A stretch of DNA of 64,000 nt from Octopus vulgaris (GCA_951406725.2 OX597822.1:39804001-39868000), one strand, 5' to 3'. Shown: positions 1 to 12,526, counted from the first letter of the stretch. Notes: generated by a model from the sequence alone, not told the origin. A program made the numbers and translations.

Positions 1-349
1 CCTTCCCCACAGCTTCACGAGGGAGGGAAGAAGGGGGAGAAGCAAACAGGTGCAGGTGTGACCATGGACGCCAACTCCGCCGCCATCGACACACGAAAAA
101 TTATGCATTAAAATGGAATAAAAAATGATGTTAAATTATTTTTAAAATCGTAGACTCATCGTAGACGCGCGCTAATATGAATCGTAGACGCGCGCTCGAT
201 ATGAATCACGACTATAAGATACCCGAATTTGGTTAAACTGCATCGCAAAATGTGGGAGTAGTTAGGAATCTAAATCGAAGGGGACAGACACTCACACAAC
301 TACAGTTTTATATATACACTCACACAACTACAGTTTTATATATATAGAT
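1..349 (+). mobile_element. Probable 3' end of a non-autonomous Helitron/Helentron (HINE)-like element
   Basis: Ends in ggacagaca...ttttatatatatagat, with short internal duplications (atcgtagacgcgcgct x2; cactcacacaactacagttttatatata x2). The 5' part lies outside the window and the class is assigned by resemblance only. Confidence 0.35.
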
Positions 350-524
350 ATATCGAACAATGAACATGGGTATTCAAACGAACATCGGTGTTTTAATCCA
401 AAATGGAGACGAACACCATGTCGAATCACTTCATGCTATAAATATTTGCATGTAAATACTGGTTTGGATAACCCTTTAGAATAGAAATAGCGTAGAAGGA
501 TTCCCGTTGATATGATAGGCATTA

Positions 525-800
525 TCGTCGTGGCACTCCGTTGGCTACGACGACGAGGGAAACAGATGATCTAATCAACGGAAAAGCCTGCTCGTAAAAT
601 TAACGGGAAGTACAGGTACAATAGAAAAAGGAAGGAGAGAAAGTTATGGTGAAAGAGTACAGCAGAATTCGCCACCACCCGCCGGAGCCTCGTGGAGCTT
701 TAGGTGTTTTCGCTCAATAAACACTGACAACGTGTTGGGAATCGAAACCGCCGTCCTACTGTCGCGAGTCCACTGCCCTAACCACTGGGCCATTGCGCCT
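525..800 (-). mobile_element. SINE family C (tRNA-Arg-like head), internally deleted
   Basis: Minus strand reads gaggcgcaatggcccagtggttagggcagtggactcgcgacag...ttcgattccc (A/B boxes). Body and tail match copies at 14095, 24506 and 38642. Confidence 0.85.
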
Positions 801-816
801 CACACACACAAACATG

Positions 817-944
<128 letters not shown>

Positions 945-1114
945 TATTGTCACAATGAGGATATCCAAACCTCTTATAGGGATATTTTTTCAAGATGCTC
1001 TAGTTTATTATATTAAATATTGAAAAGATAATCCTTCAATGAATATAATGTATTGAATATCGTAAGATATCAAACATTTTATTAAGTTAGAAAACATAGA
1101 GATTTGATGGATAG

Positions 1115-1752
1115 AAATTAATTTATTGATTAATCAACATATTCACCAACAATTGTTTCATTTCTCAAATAAGATTAAAATTTCAAAACATATATAAAAA
1201 TATAATTTTGTATTTTAAATTCCTTATAAGGAAAATCATCTGGATTTTCAGAGGGCAATAAGAATACTTTCGGAATATATATAGAATATATAAATATGTA
1301 TGTTGGGGCACGAGGCTTAGTGGTTAGGGTGTTGAATTCATGATCGTAAGGTTGTGGTTTCGATTCCTGGACCGGGCGATACGTTGTATTCTTGAGCAAA
1401 ACACTTAATTTCAAGTTGCCATAGTCCACTCACCTGACAAAAATGAGTAATCCTGAGAAGGACCGGCGTCCCGTCCAGGTGGGGAATTTCTACCCCACTG
1501 AAACCGGACAACCGGCCCTTATGAGCCTGGCATGGCTCGAGAAGGAACATTTATTTCATATTTTATAAATATGTATGCTATGCGTGTGCGTACATATCCT
1601 AATGTAATCCTTATTGTCCTCTGAAAAACCCGACGATTTTCCTTACAAAATATCTAAAATGCAAAAGTATATCTTTATATGTGTTTTATAATTTTAATCT
1701 TATTTGCCAAGTGAAGCAATATTTGGTAAATATGTTGATTAATTAATAAATT
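1115..1752. repeat. Foldback element: ~150 bp imperfect inverted arms around a SINE
   Basis: 1115-1265 is the approximate reverse complement of 1610-1752 (ttttcagagggcaataag / cttattgtcctctgaaaa; aaataagattaaaatt / aattttaatcttattt). Confidence 0.8.
1305..1550 (+). mobile_element. SINE family D (tRNA-derived head)
   Basis: ggcacgaggcttagtggttagggtgttg...ggtttcgattcctggaccggg (A and B boxes), then gaccggcgtcccgtccagg and a gaaaccgg...tgagcc tail. Related heads at 14775-15015 (-) and 42102 (+). Confidence 0.8.
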
Positions 1753-1765
1753 AATTAGATCTCTC

Positions 1766-1823
<58 letters not shown>

Positions 1824-1850
1824 AGAGAGAGAGAGAGAGAGAGAGAGAGA

Positions 1851-2005
1851 GGTGCAGTCATGGCTGTGTGGTAAGATGTTTGCTTCTCAACCACAAGGTT
1901 TCGGGTTCAGTTCTACTGCCTAGCACTTTAGGCAAGTGTCTTCGTTTATAGCCTCGGGTCGACTAGAACCTTGTGAGTTGATGGAAACTGAAAGAAGCCG
2001 GTCAT
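1851..2005 (+). mobile_element. SINE family A, 5' half
   Basis: ggtgcagtcatggctgtgtggtaag...gggttcag...ggaaactgaaagaagcc followed by (TA)n. Confidence 0.8.
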
Positions 2006-2006
2006 G

Positions 2007-2040
<34 letters not shown>

Positions 2041-2049
2041 ATTTTTAAA

Positions 2050-2240
2050 AAAAGGGAAAAAAAGGAGAAAAAGAGACAAGAAAAAAATAACAGCGCGAGG
2101 ACGTGGTACAGTAAGACGCTCAGGAAATGAAAGAAAAGTTGTTTTACGTTTCGAACAAAGCCTTTTTCAGAAACAGAAAACAGGAAAGGTCAAAAGAAAA
2201 GGAAAGCGAAGGAAGAAAATCGCCAACAATCCACTTGTAG
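2050..2240 (-). mobile_element. Penelope-like terminal-repeat fragment with degenerate hammerhead motif (2141-2174)
   Basis: Same repeat family as 4575-4750 and 45500-45850. Minus strand gttt CTGAAAA aggctttgttc GAAA CG TA aaac. Confidence 0.55.
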
Positions 2241-2334
2241 TTACATTTTGGAATGACCGGAAGTAGATGGACAAAGAGAAATTGCTTTGTAAGAAAGGAG
2301 AGTGTAAAGAAAGGTTGGTATCTTTTTGTATGCT

Positions 2335-3435
2335 TGATTGTGTGCGCGCGTGTGTGTGTGTGTGATAGCATGTGTGTATGTGTGTGTATATGTTAGAGTG
2401 TTTGTATATATTGTAGCGTGTATGTGTGTGCCAGTGTATGCCTGTGGTGGTAACTGTGTGTGTATGTGTGTGTGGTGTGTGTGTGACATTAACTGTTATA
2501 TGTGTATGTGTGAGTGATTTTTGTCTCTGTTAATGTCGAAGGGGTCAACTTGTGTGATAACAGGTGTGGTTGTTTTTGTGTAACTGTGTGGTTTTGCACA
2601 TGAGCGTAGCAGGGAAGGTCAACAACAGGGTGCTTAAGAGGCAATCTATAGGGTGTGTGAACGGGTGGGTATGGATATGAGTGCATGTATGTGTGTGTGT
2701 ATTGGTATGTGTATGTAGACGGAGTAGGAATGTGTGTATGTGGATATGTGTATGGGTGCGTGTGTGTCCCATTTTCTATGTCACTCTGTCTCTGTCTGTC
2801 TCTGTCTCTCAGTATCTCTCTCTGTATGTGTGTGTGTGTGTTCGTGTGTGGTGCGTGTGGGGATATGCGTGTTTATGTGAGAGATTATGGAAGTGTATGT
2901 ATGAGTGTGTATGTGTGTGTGTGCGTGTGTATGCATGTGTGCGTGTGCGGAATGTGTGTGTATGTGCGTGTGAATGAGTGTGGAATTGTATGGAAGTGTG
3001 TGCATACAATTCCACACTTACTCACACGTATGTAAGTGTGTGCATCTATGTGTGTTTTGTGTGTGTGGTGTGCGTGCGTGTGTGCGCGCGTGTGTGTGTG
3101 GTCGTTTATGTGTGAATGTGTGTACGGGGCTGTGTGTTGAGGCATATGTGCGTTCCTGTGAGTGTGCGCGTATGTATGCGTGCGTGTGTGCGTGCACGTG
3201 TGTGTGTGTGTGTGCGTTTATGTGCGTGTGTACATGTGCGTATGTGTATGCATCTGTGTGTATGTGTGTGCATGTATGTGTGTGTTGTGTGTGTGTGATG
3301 TAAATGGGAAGTATATCTGCGTTCATGGGTGCGCGTGCGTGTATGTGCGCGTGTATGTACGCGTGCGTGCGTGTAAGTATGCTTGTGTATGTATGTGTTC
3401 GTGTATGTATGTGTATGTGTGTGCGTTTGTGTATA
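2335..3435. repeat. Degenerate (TG)n/(TGTA)n low-complexity tract
   Basis: Directly visible. It accounts for the VCVC/THTH pseudo-ORFs. Confidence 0.95.
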
Positions 3436-3856
3436 TAAAAATAAAATAATAAAATAGATAAAAATAATAGAGAACACTAGAGAAAAACTACAAGATAAAA
3501 TATAATAAATATTACAAAAATGCAAAATAATAAATAAAAATAATAAAAACATACAAGATAAAAAATAAAAAAATTCAAAGATAGAAAATAGAAATTAATA
3601 CACTGATGAAAAAAATGATAAAAAGAGGATAAGTTAAAATAAAAGGATCAAAATAAACAAGTAGAATGGAAAAAAAGCGATAAAAATGATACAAAATCGA
3701 TAGTAAGCGAGTAAAAGTTATGAAAAAGTAAGTGAATATAAGATAGGATAAAATGTTATTGTAGAGAGAGTCATAGAGAGGCGGTGGTTGTGTTGAGTCC
3801 GAAAGGAATTTGTGTTTTTAGAGTGAAAATGTAACGCTGTTCCAGGCGGAGTCGAA

Positions 3857-3927
<71 letters not shown>

Positions 3928-4016
3928 CAATACAAAATGGGGCAAGAACGCAAAACATTCAAATAGACGACACAAAAAACATGGAAGGGTCATTCGAAGC
4001 CTCTAATCTTCAGTCA

Positions 4017-4066
<50 letters not shown>

Positions 4067-4155
4067 CAGACAGAGAGAGAGAGACAGAGAAGACAAAAAC
4101 AGATAACAAAGCCAAGGCTGTGTGTTGTCAGGATATTTATAAGGAGAGAGATATA

Positions 4156-4200
4156 GTCTTACAGCTGTTTCTGGGATATGGATATCCCTTCATCAGAGAC
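4156..4200 (-). ncRNA. Type I hammerhead ribozyme-like motif
   Basis: Minus strand gtct-CTGATGA-a-gggatat cc atatccc-a-GAAA-cagctg-TA-agac: stem I gtct/agac, full core, stem II hairpin, palindromic stem III and a GUA triplet. A.A mismatch at the base of stem II. Confidence 0.75.
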
Positions 4201-4236
4201 GATGTCAGAAAGGTAAATATTATTTCGAACTCTCTC

Positions 4237-4284
4237 GTTTCTGATGAAGGGATATCCATAATATTCTAGAAACATCTGTAAGAC
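4237..4284 (+). ncRNA. Hammerhead ribozyme-like motif (inverted, more diverged partner of 4156-4200)
   Basis: gttt-CTGATGA-a-gggata tccataa tattct-a-GAAA-catctg-TA-agac. Confidence 0.65.
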
Positions 4285-4506
4285 TATATATCACTCCTTA
4301 TAAATGTCCAGAAAACTTCTCACAGCCTTGGCTTTGTTATCTCTTTTTTTCTAACATATATACATGCAGGATAATACAAGATCCACATTAGAGTCCTCAT
4401 TCGTATCACGATCGAATCAAGGATTCAACTATGGTCTGTCCTTAGCAATTACTTGGCATTACCTGCCTCTCTTTGAGTTTTCTAGATACCAATACTTGCC
4501 ATACTC

Positions 4507-4574
<68 letters not shown>

Positions 4575-4576
<2 letters not shown>

Positions 4577-4750
4577 ATCCAAACAAGAAAGCACAAAAAA
4601 ACACAACAACGCGAGGACGTGGAACAAATATAGTATTATTGGACGCTCAGGAAAGAAGGAGGGTTTAACGTTTCGAGCGGAGCTCTTCGTCGGAAACATA
4701 GGAGAAGGGAAGACAGAGAAAAAAAATCGCCAACGGTACACACGAGGTCG
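4575..4750 (-). mobile_element. Penelope-like terminal-repeat fragment with hammerhead-like motif (4663-4697)
   Basis: Minus strand gttt-CCGACGA-a-gagc tcc gctc-GAAA-CG-TT-aaac. The core has C in place of the canonical U4. Confidence 0.6.
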
Positions 4751-5219
4751 GGTGTGTGTATGTATGTATATGTGTGTTTGGATGTGTTGTTTTTATGCGG
4801 TATATGCAATTGAGGGAGTACTTAATTAAAATGGCTATCAATGTATCATACGTAATGCATAGACACTGTCGATAGCTAGGTTACTACGTTACTACAGTAT
4901 TTTGTCCTGTGATAACGTCTCTTATTCTCCGAATTTTGAATCATTTGGGCTTCTTTCCCAACATCAGTGTATGTTGTATTCGTTTTTTGTTCCGTAAACC
5001 AGTGATAAAGATTTATATAGATATAGATATAGATATAGATATAGATATAGATATAGATGTATATTGATTAAATTTAATATGGTGGTGGGTATAGTGATGT
5101 TGTGCTGAATTTATTGGTTGTGAGTATCTGTAAATGTAATATGTAACAATTACTCAGTAGCCATGATAAAACTCCGAGAATTGTCACATATTACATTTAC
5201 AGATAAATTCCTCTCTCTC

Positions 5220-5254
<35 letters not shown>

Positions 5255-5571
5255 GCATACATATATATACACATAAATACATATTTATATTTAAGGTGTA
5301 TTCCGTTAAAAAAATAGTAGAGTACAAAATAGAGTTCGTTCACCCTTAGAATTACGAAATAGCCGGTAGTATTATGGTATACCTCCAAGTCTAGGTTTAG
5401 GCGTTCATCGTGAATCTCTGCTCTCTTAACGAAGACGACGTCTCATGTCAACATTGAAAACACGTTGACAGCGAGCGAAATGGAACTGCCAGTGTCTGGT
5501 AGAGATTCAAACGAGCCAGTTGGATGTATTAGCATCGAAGTCAAAGATTTACTTACGAGGAAAGCAATTAT

Positions 5572-5678
5572 ATATTACCTGAGGAGATACAACTGGATCC
5601 CATTATACAGGTAAACCGTTGTTTAATTTAAATCCTGTGTATATGTGGATCTATGTTGTATTGAAACATGTATAATGT
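5572..5678 (+). ncRNA. Hammerhead-like motif with a long extended stem II
   Basis: atatta c CTGAGGA gatacaac tggatcc cattatacagg ... cctgtgtatatg tggatcta tgttgtatt GAAA catg TA taatgt. Stem I is offset by one nt. Confidence 0.6.
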
Positions 5679-5726
5679 TTATTAAATAGCAGTCTAACTG
5701 TACTCCTTGTTGACACTATTTTATTC

Positions 5727-5769
<43 letters not shown>

Positions 5770-6023
5770 ATATAATATATAAATATATGCATATATACAT
5801 ATATGTACATACCTACATTTATATGTATATATACATGCATATATGGGTACAGGACATAAAAAAAAAAACGTTGAACACAATGAGAAACGAAAACATAAGA
5901 AGAAAAACATGGAAATGAACTTGTTTTTCAAACAACGAAAAAACAGAGTACAAGACATACAACACAAGGAATATTCCCCTTCTTCAGTTGTCCCTGTTTC
6001 GTCTACTCCGCGTTGCGAAGGTA

Positions 6024-6059
<36 letters not shown>

Positions 6060-6183
6060 TGTTTGTTATAATAGAATCAATTTTACTTTAATATGAGTAC
6101 ATGTATATTAATCATTAAGAAGAATAGTATTGAGAGTGACTTCGAATTTCTGGTCAGCTAAGCCATTATCAATTTATCGGACC

Positions 6184-6214
<31 letters not shown>

Positions 6215-6215
<1 letters not shown>

Positions 6216-6445
6216 CAGTGTGCATGTCCGTGTGTCTGTGTTTGTGCCCCACCATCACTTGACAACCGATGCTGGTATGTTTACGTCCCCGCAACTTAGC
6301 GATTCGACAAAAGAGACCGATAGAATAAAAAGTAGGCTTACAAAGAATAAGTATTGGGATCGAGTCATTCGAATGCAAATTCTTCACGACGATGCTACAG
6401 CTTGGCCATAGTCTAATGACAGACAAATGAAAAAATAAAAAAGAA
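6215..6445 (+). mobile_element. SINE family A, 3' half
   Basis: cttgacaaccgatgctggt...gaccgatagaata...tggccatagtctaatgacagaca (diverged tail). Confidence 0.8.
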
Positions 6446-6448
6446 TAG

Positions 6449-6519
<71 letters not shown>

Positions 6520-6659
6520 GAATAATATAGCCCTGATTTTCTTGCACCTAGAGGAAAGAGAGGAGAGTCACGGTTGGAAGCCTTATGTTAATTGGTCAGC
6601 TCGATTAGGGATGACCATAGGCTAAAACACAAAAGCACCACGCAAGCCGCCACCAACCG

Positions 6660-7110
6660 TGCCATCCCGTCTATCATCATCATCATCATCACCACCATCA
6701 TCAGCATCACCACAATTACCACCACCATCACCTCGCTGCCGCCACCACGACCACCACGATCACCACGACCACCACGACCACTACGACCACCACGATTACC
6801 ACGACCACCACGACCACCACGACCACCACGACGACGACGACGACGATCACCATCACCACTGTCAGCAACCATCAGCAACAGTATCATTGTCAACATCACC
6901 GCATCTATTACATCATCACCAAATTATCACAACCAATAAATTCAGCACAACCATCACTATATCCACCACCACCACCACCAACACCACCATCGCTATCACT
7001 GCTACCACCGTCGTCACCATCGCTAACACAGACATCCCATCATCACTGCCACCTCCTCTCCTGCCACCATTATCGACACCCCGCCACCACAACCACAACC
7101 ATCGCCACCT
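6660..7110. repeat. (CAT)/(CAC)/(CACCACGAC)n compound trinucleotide tract
   Basis: Directly visible. Confidence 0.9.
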
Positions 7111-7554
7111 TCCCAAATATGTACTTCTACATAATCTATTGTTAACTGCTGACTCAGCCAAGCGTTTCACGCGTCTGACGTCACTCTAGCGTGTCAGCCA
7201 ATCTGATTGGCTGATTAGACTGATCAGATTATTGGTGATTCTTCGACTAATATTGTCTTCGAGACATTCTTCAAGCTCTTTCACACTTACCCACCCTCAC
7301 ACCACTCCCGCCCTCATTATCTTTTACACATAGACACAGACAAACACGAACGCACGCACGCACGCACGCATGAACACACACACACACAGACTTACAAACA
7401 CATACAGGTCCACACACAATTGCACACTCACACACCTTATATGCTGTGTGGTTCTGGATTTTGTACATTTACTCTAGCATACAAACACACAGAGGTACGT
7501 ATAGTCATAAACATATATATATATATATACATATATATACATATATATATATAT

Positions 7555-7611
<57 letters not shown>

Positions 7612-7640
7612 CAGATGATAGATAGATACCTCCCCCATAA

Positions 7641-7671
<31 letters not shown>

Positions 7672-7715
7672 CATTTATACATACACATGCACGCATACAT
7701 GTAAATATATCCACT

Positions 7716-7764
<49 letters not shown>

Positions 7765-7936
7765 TGTTTGATTTCGTTATTTTTCTTCTTCTTTTGCCAT
7801 ATATGAGTTACAAATATTGTTGTCTGCGGAGACATATTTTTGTAGTAAAAGGAAATAGCAGTCCTCTGGCTGTTATTTCTAAAGATTTTCGGTATGTGGT
7901 CAAGCAACTTGTTGCAAAGACCCTTATTGTTATAAT

Positions 7937-7970
<34 letters not shown>

Positions 7971-7982
7971 ATATATAAAGTT

Positions 7983-8138
7983 GCAGGAGTGGTAAGTAGC
8001 TTGCTTACCAACCACACGGTTCCGGGTTCAGTCCCACTGTGTGGCACCTTGGGCTAGTGTCTTCGAGTATAGCCTCGGGCCGACCAAAACTTGTAAAGAC
8101 ATATGGTAGCCGGAAACTGAAAGAAGCTCGTGTGTGTA

Positions 8139-8169
<31 letters not shown>

Positions 8170-8445
8170 GTGTGTGTGTTTGTGTGTCCGTCTACCAAAT
8201 CCGCTAACAAGGCTTTGGCCGGCCAGGCTATGGTATATGTGTGTGTGTGTGTGTGGGGGGGGCGTATGTTTGAGTGTCTGTGTGCTGGCGCGTTTACGGC
8301 GCCGTAACTTAGCGTTTCAGCAAAAGAGACCCATAGAATAAGTACTAGGCGCACAAAGAATATGTCCTGGGTTCAATTTGGTCGACTAAAGTCGTTGCTC
8401 CAGCATGGCCGCAGTCAAATGATTGAAACAAGTAAAAGAATTGAA
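7983..8445 (+). mobile_element. SINE family A, near full length
   Basis: Head gcaggagtggtaagtagcttg...ggttccgggttcagtccc, internal (TG)n, tail ccagcatggccgcagtcaaatgattgaaacaagtaaaag. Confidence 0.9.
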
Positions 8446-8601
8446 GAATACATATATATATATATATATATATAATACTGTTTATTTGAACACAAGAGAA
8501 ACTACCTTTAACAGGTAATTTGACACGTTAGAAGTCAAAACGACCAAAACCACATTTAAGAGCAATTTCGAAAGGAATGAAAAATATAAACTTTTAACTT
8601 G

Positions 8602-8676
<75 letters not shown>

Positions 8677-8685
8677 CATACATAT

Positions 8686-8750
<65 letters not shown>

Positions 8751-8879
8751 TGTAATGTGTGTGTATATGCGTGCATGTACTCCATACTAAAGTACATTGA
8801 TTTCTTAATCTACTTTAGTGTTATTCTCTTTTACTATTCAGCGTTTTCTGTTCATATGAGCTCTCATCATGTAATGTAC

Positions 8880-9290
8880 TCTTTTACTCTTTTACTTGTT
8901 TCAGTCATTTGACTGCGGCCATGCTTAGCACCGCCTTTAGTCAAGCAAATCGACACCCTAGGACTTATTTTGTAAGGCTACTACTTATTCTATCAGTCTC
9001 TTATGCCGAACAGCTAAGTTACGGGGACGTAAACACACCAGCATCGGTTGTCAAGCGATGCTGGGCAGACAAACACAAACATACAAACGCGCACACACAC
9101 ACACACATATATATACATATATACATATATACGACGGGTTCTTTCAGTTTCCATCTACCAAAATCCACTCACAAGGCTTTGGTCGGCCCGAGGCTATAGT
9201 TGAACATACTTGCTCAAAGTGCCACGTAGTGGGAATGAACCCGGAACCATATGGTTGGTAAGCAAGCTACTTACCACACAGCCACTCCTA
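8880..9290 (-). mobile_element. SINE family A, full length
   Basis: Reverse complement of the family A head, internal microsatellite and tail. Confidence 0.92.
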
Positions 9291-9599
9291 AACTCTTCCC
9301 GCCGTGATCATATTGTCTTTTTTCACCCATAAGTCTATCTAGGAACATGTTAACTAATGTGCTTTCCCTTCTTTAAATCGGTAAGTTTTAATTTGAAGGA
9401 AATGTGGCTGCTTTTTCTAGCGGATCAAATCGTAGTCTCTTTTCAACTCGTGAACATGTGAAGTGTCTGTAAATGTGTCGCTGTTTGTTGGCGTGCGACG
9501 AACATATGGTGAGCATGTGTAATCTCCTCTGAGTATTGGTTTAGACATTAAATGCGGCGTCACACTACACATCTGTTCTTAGACAAAGCAGGACAGTAT

Positions 9600-9922
9600 G
9601 GCTATGCTGATACCCACTCATGCTCTTGTACGATGGGGTTGGGGGTCATCTCAGGTTAATGGCCCCAGAAGCGTCTTCTTGCTTAGAGCCGACCAGGTCA
9701 ACCAGTACCCTCCATCGTTGGCAGTTTCGTACCAGCACTTCTGCCGCTTCCAAGATGACTTCGAGCCTCTGTAGATCTTCCTTAATCCCGTCCAACCATC
9801 CAGTGTGGAGCCTATTTCGGGGCCTCTTCCAGCTCGTAAATGCGTTAAACGAGAGTAAGGCCCTGAGAGAATGATCTGGTGCAGAGTAGAAGACATGTCC
9901 GTAGCAACGCATGCAGCGGATG
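9600..9922 (-). pseudogene. 3' fragment of an RTE-clade LINE ORF
   Basis: MRCYGHV...KRPRNRLHTGWLDGIKEDL...VRNCQRWRVLV resembles the RTE C-terminal pattern LRWxGHV...RPRGRP..RWxDxI..DL...A.DR..WR. Confidence 0.75.
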
Positions 9923-9924
9923 GC

Positions 9925-10378
9925 TCTGAAGCATTTCGCCCGGCGTGCTAAAGTTTCTGCCAGCTCACCGCCATAAATAATCTTTTCTACTCTAGGCACA
10001 AGGCCTGAAATTTTTGAGAAGGGGTCCAGTCGATTAGTCGACCCCAGTAGGCAACTGGTATTTAATTTATCGACCCCGAAAGGAAGAAAGATAAAGTCGA
10101 CCTCGGCGGAATTTGAACTTAGAACGTAAAGACTGACGAAATATCTATTTCTTTACTACCCGCAAGAGGCTAAACACAAAGAGGACAAACAAGGACAGAC
10201 AAACGAATTAAGTGGATTACATCGACCCTAGTGCGTAACTGGTACTTAATTTATCGACCCGGAAAAGATGAAAGGAAAAGTCGACCTCAGCGGAATTTGA
10301 ACTCAGAACGTTGAGGCAGACGAAATACCGATAAGCATTTCCCCCGGGGTGCTAAATTTTCTGCCAGCTCACCGCCTT
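9925..10378 (-). mobile_element. SINE family B multimer
   Basis: Repeated head gagctggcagaaa...tgagttcaaattccgccgaggtcgac and core gcctttcatcctttcggggtcgataaattaagtaccag (Meta/MESC-domain-like). Confidence 0.9.
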
Positions 10379-11078
10379 TATACAATAACATATTGTATCT
10401 ACTAACGTTTTTTTTTTTTTTTTTTCTATCTTGTAATGTTTCGTGAACTGCTTTGTAATATACCGTTATGTTTCCTTGTTAGAAGTGTTGAACCGACGAG
10501 AATGTCTCCGGATTGTGTAACCGATCAAACAAACAGATTGACGCAGAACATTACAATAAGATTTATATATTACATGGCTTGTATGATGTACGTTCTGTGC
10601 TTTGCTTGTTTGTTTACAGTTTCATGTCAACGAGGAATTTTGTTTTTTTATTCATTCTGGAGCCAATTCTTATATATTTTATGTGTTTGAGGTTTAGATG
10701 GGGAGTGAGATTCATGTTCTGTTCTGTTTCATGTGCTTTCCTTTCATATGAAGTAGTCATCCCACGGTGAAAGTGCTCATATGCATACATACATACATAC
10801 ATACATACATACATACATACATACATGAATGCATACATACATACATACATACATACATACATACATACATACATACATGCATACATACATACATACATAC
10901 TACATACATACATACATACATACATACATACATACATACATACATACATACATACATGCATGTATACGTGCATACATATATATGTATATATGTATATTTA
11001 TATATATATATATAATAATAATATAAATAATATATAAATATATGCATATATACATACATATATGTACATACCTACATA

Positions 11079-11121
<43 letters not shown>

Positions 11122-11237
11122 GAACACATATATGTATTTGTGTATACATACATATATATATTTATATACATATATATATATACATATATACATACACATA
11201 CATATATACACACGCACGACACACACAGACACACACG

Positions 11238-11308
<71 letters not shown>

Positions 11309-11460
11309 ATAAGCTAAGCAACACGAACAGGAAGAAAACACCACTGAAAAAGTGCCAATGGGCGAAACTCTCGGCCATTTAGAAACTCTGTAACCTCTAC
11401 CGATTAACAACAATAACAACAACAATCAAACCAACCACAATAATAAGATAAACACATACG

Positions 11461-11503
<43 letters not shown>

Positions 11504-11599
11504 CACACACACATGTATTCACGTCCTACATACATACGTGTACATATACATAAATACATACAGACATATATATATATACATATATATATATGGTTTCTC

Positions 11600-11857
11600 A
11601 GATAGTGATATGGGCGATGGTGGAGGTGATGAAGATAAGAGTGATGGCGATGGTGGCGGCGGTGGTGGTGGTGGTGGTGGTGACGGTAAGATTGCTGCTG
11701 CTGTTTTTTTGGTGGGGGGGGGTAGTAGTGAGCGATGATGATTGCGGTGGTGATGGTGCTGGTAGTGAAGGTGATGATGATGGCGATGGCCACGAGTTCG
11801 CCAACGACGACGCCGCCGACGATGACGACGACGTTGATGATGATGACGATGATGGCC

Positions 11858-11897
<40 letters not shown>

Positions 11898-11923
11898 CGA
11901 CGACGATGATGATGGCCATGATG

Positions 11924-11955
<32 letters not shown>

Positions 11956-11983
11956 GATGATGACGACGACGATGATGATGGCC

Positions 11984-12020
<37 letters not shown>

Positions 12021-12027
12021 CGACGAC

Positions 12028-12074
<47 letters not shown>

Positions 12075-12300
12075 CGACGATGGAGATAACAACAGTAATG
12101 ACGGGATGATGGAAGTGATTTCGTTAATGGCTGTAATTGTGGTGGTGGTGGAGGTGGTAGAAATATTAGCGGTGGGGATGCGGTTGTAGTGACGTGGTGG
12201 TATGTTGCGTTGATGATGGTGTTGTGGGGGGGGGGGGGTAGGGGAGGCATTGTTGCTGTTGTGGCAGATTCTGGGTGGTGGGGTGGTGAAGGGGGTCTGA
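11600..12300. repeat. (GAT)n/(GGT)n compound microsatellite with periodic ggccat/gac interruptions
   Basis: Directly visible. Source of the poly-D/H/S/M ORFs. Confidence 0.95.
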
Positions 12301-12459
12301 CATTCCAGTCTGTCACTGCAATTTGAGAACTGACACTTGTGCATTAGCCGTGGGGCACCTGTGCATTTCATTGCAGCTGTAACAATTGCTGTTTGTACAC
12401 AGACACACATATGCACACACATACACATATGCACACACATACACATATACACACACACA

Positions 12460-12489
12460 CACTGGCACTTACATACACACACACACACT

Positions 12490-12526
<37 letters not shown>

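Larger units (their letters stand above)
4095..4350. repeat. Palindromic element with ~105 bp inverted arms
   Basis: agataacaaagccaaggctgtg (4101) pairs with cacagccttggctttgttatct (4321). gatatttataaggag pairs with ctccttataaatgtc. Confidence 0.9.

Noticed and set aside
5960-6025. Hammerhead candidate (CTGAAGA on minus strand)
   Set aside because: No GAAA closing stem II at the right position. The same applies to CTGAAGA at ~4005-4015 and ~62360.
6588-7189. Pro/Arg-rich and His/Asp-rich ORFs
   Set aside because: Arise from a (CACCACGAC)n repeat.
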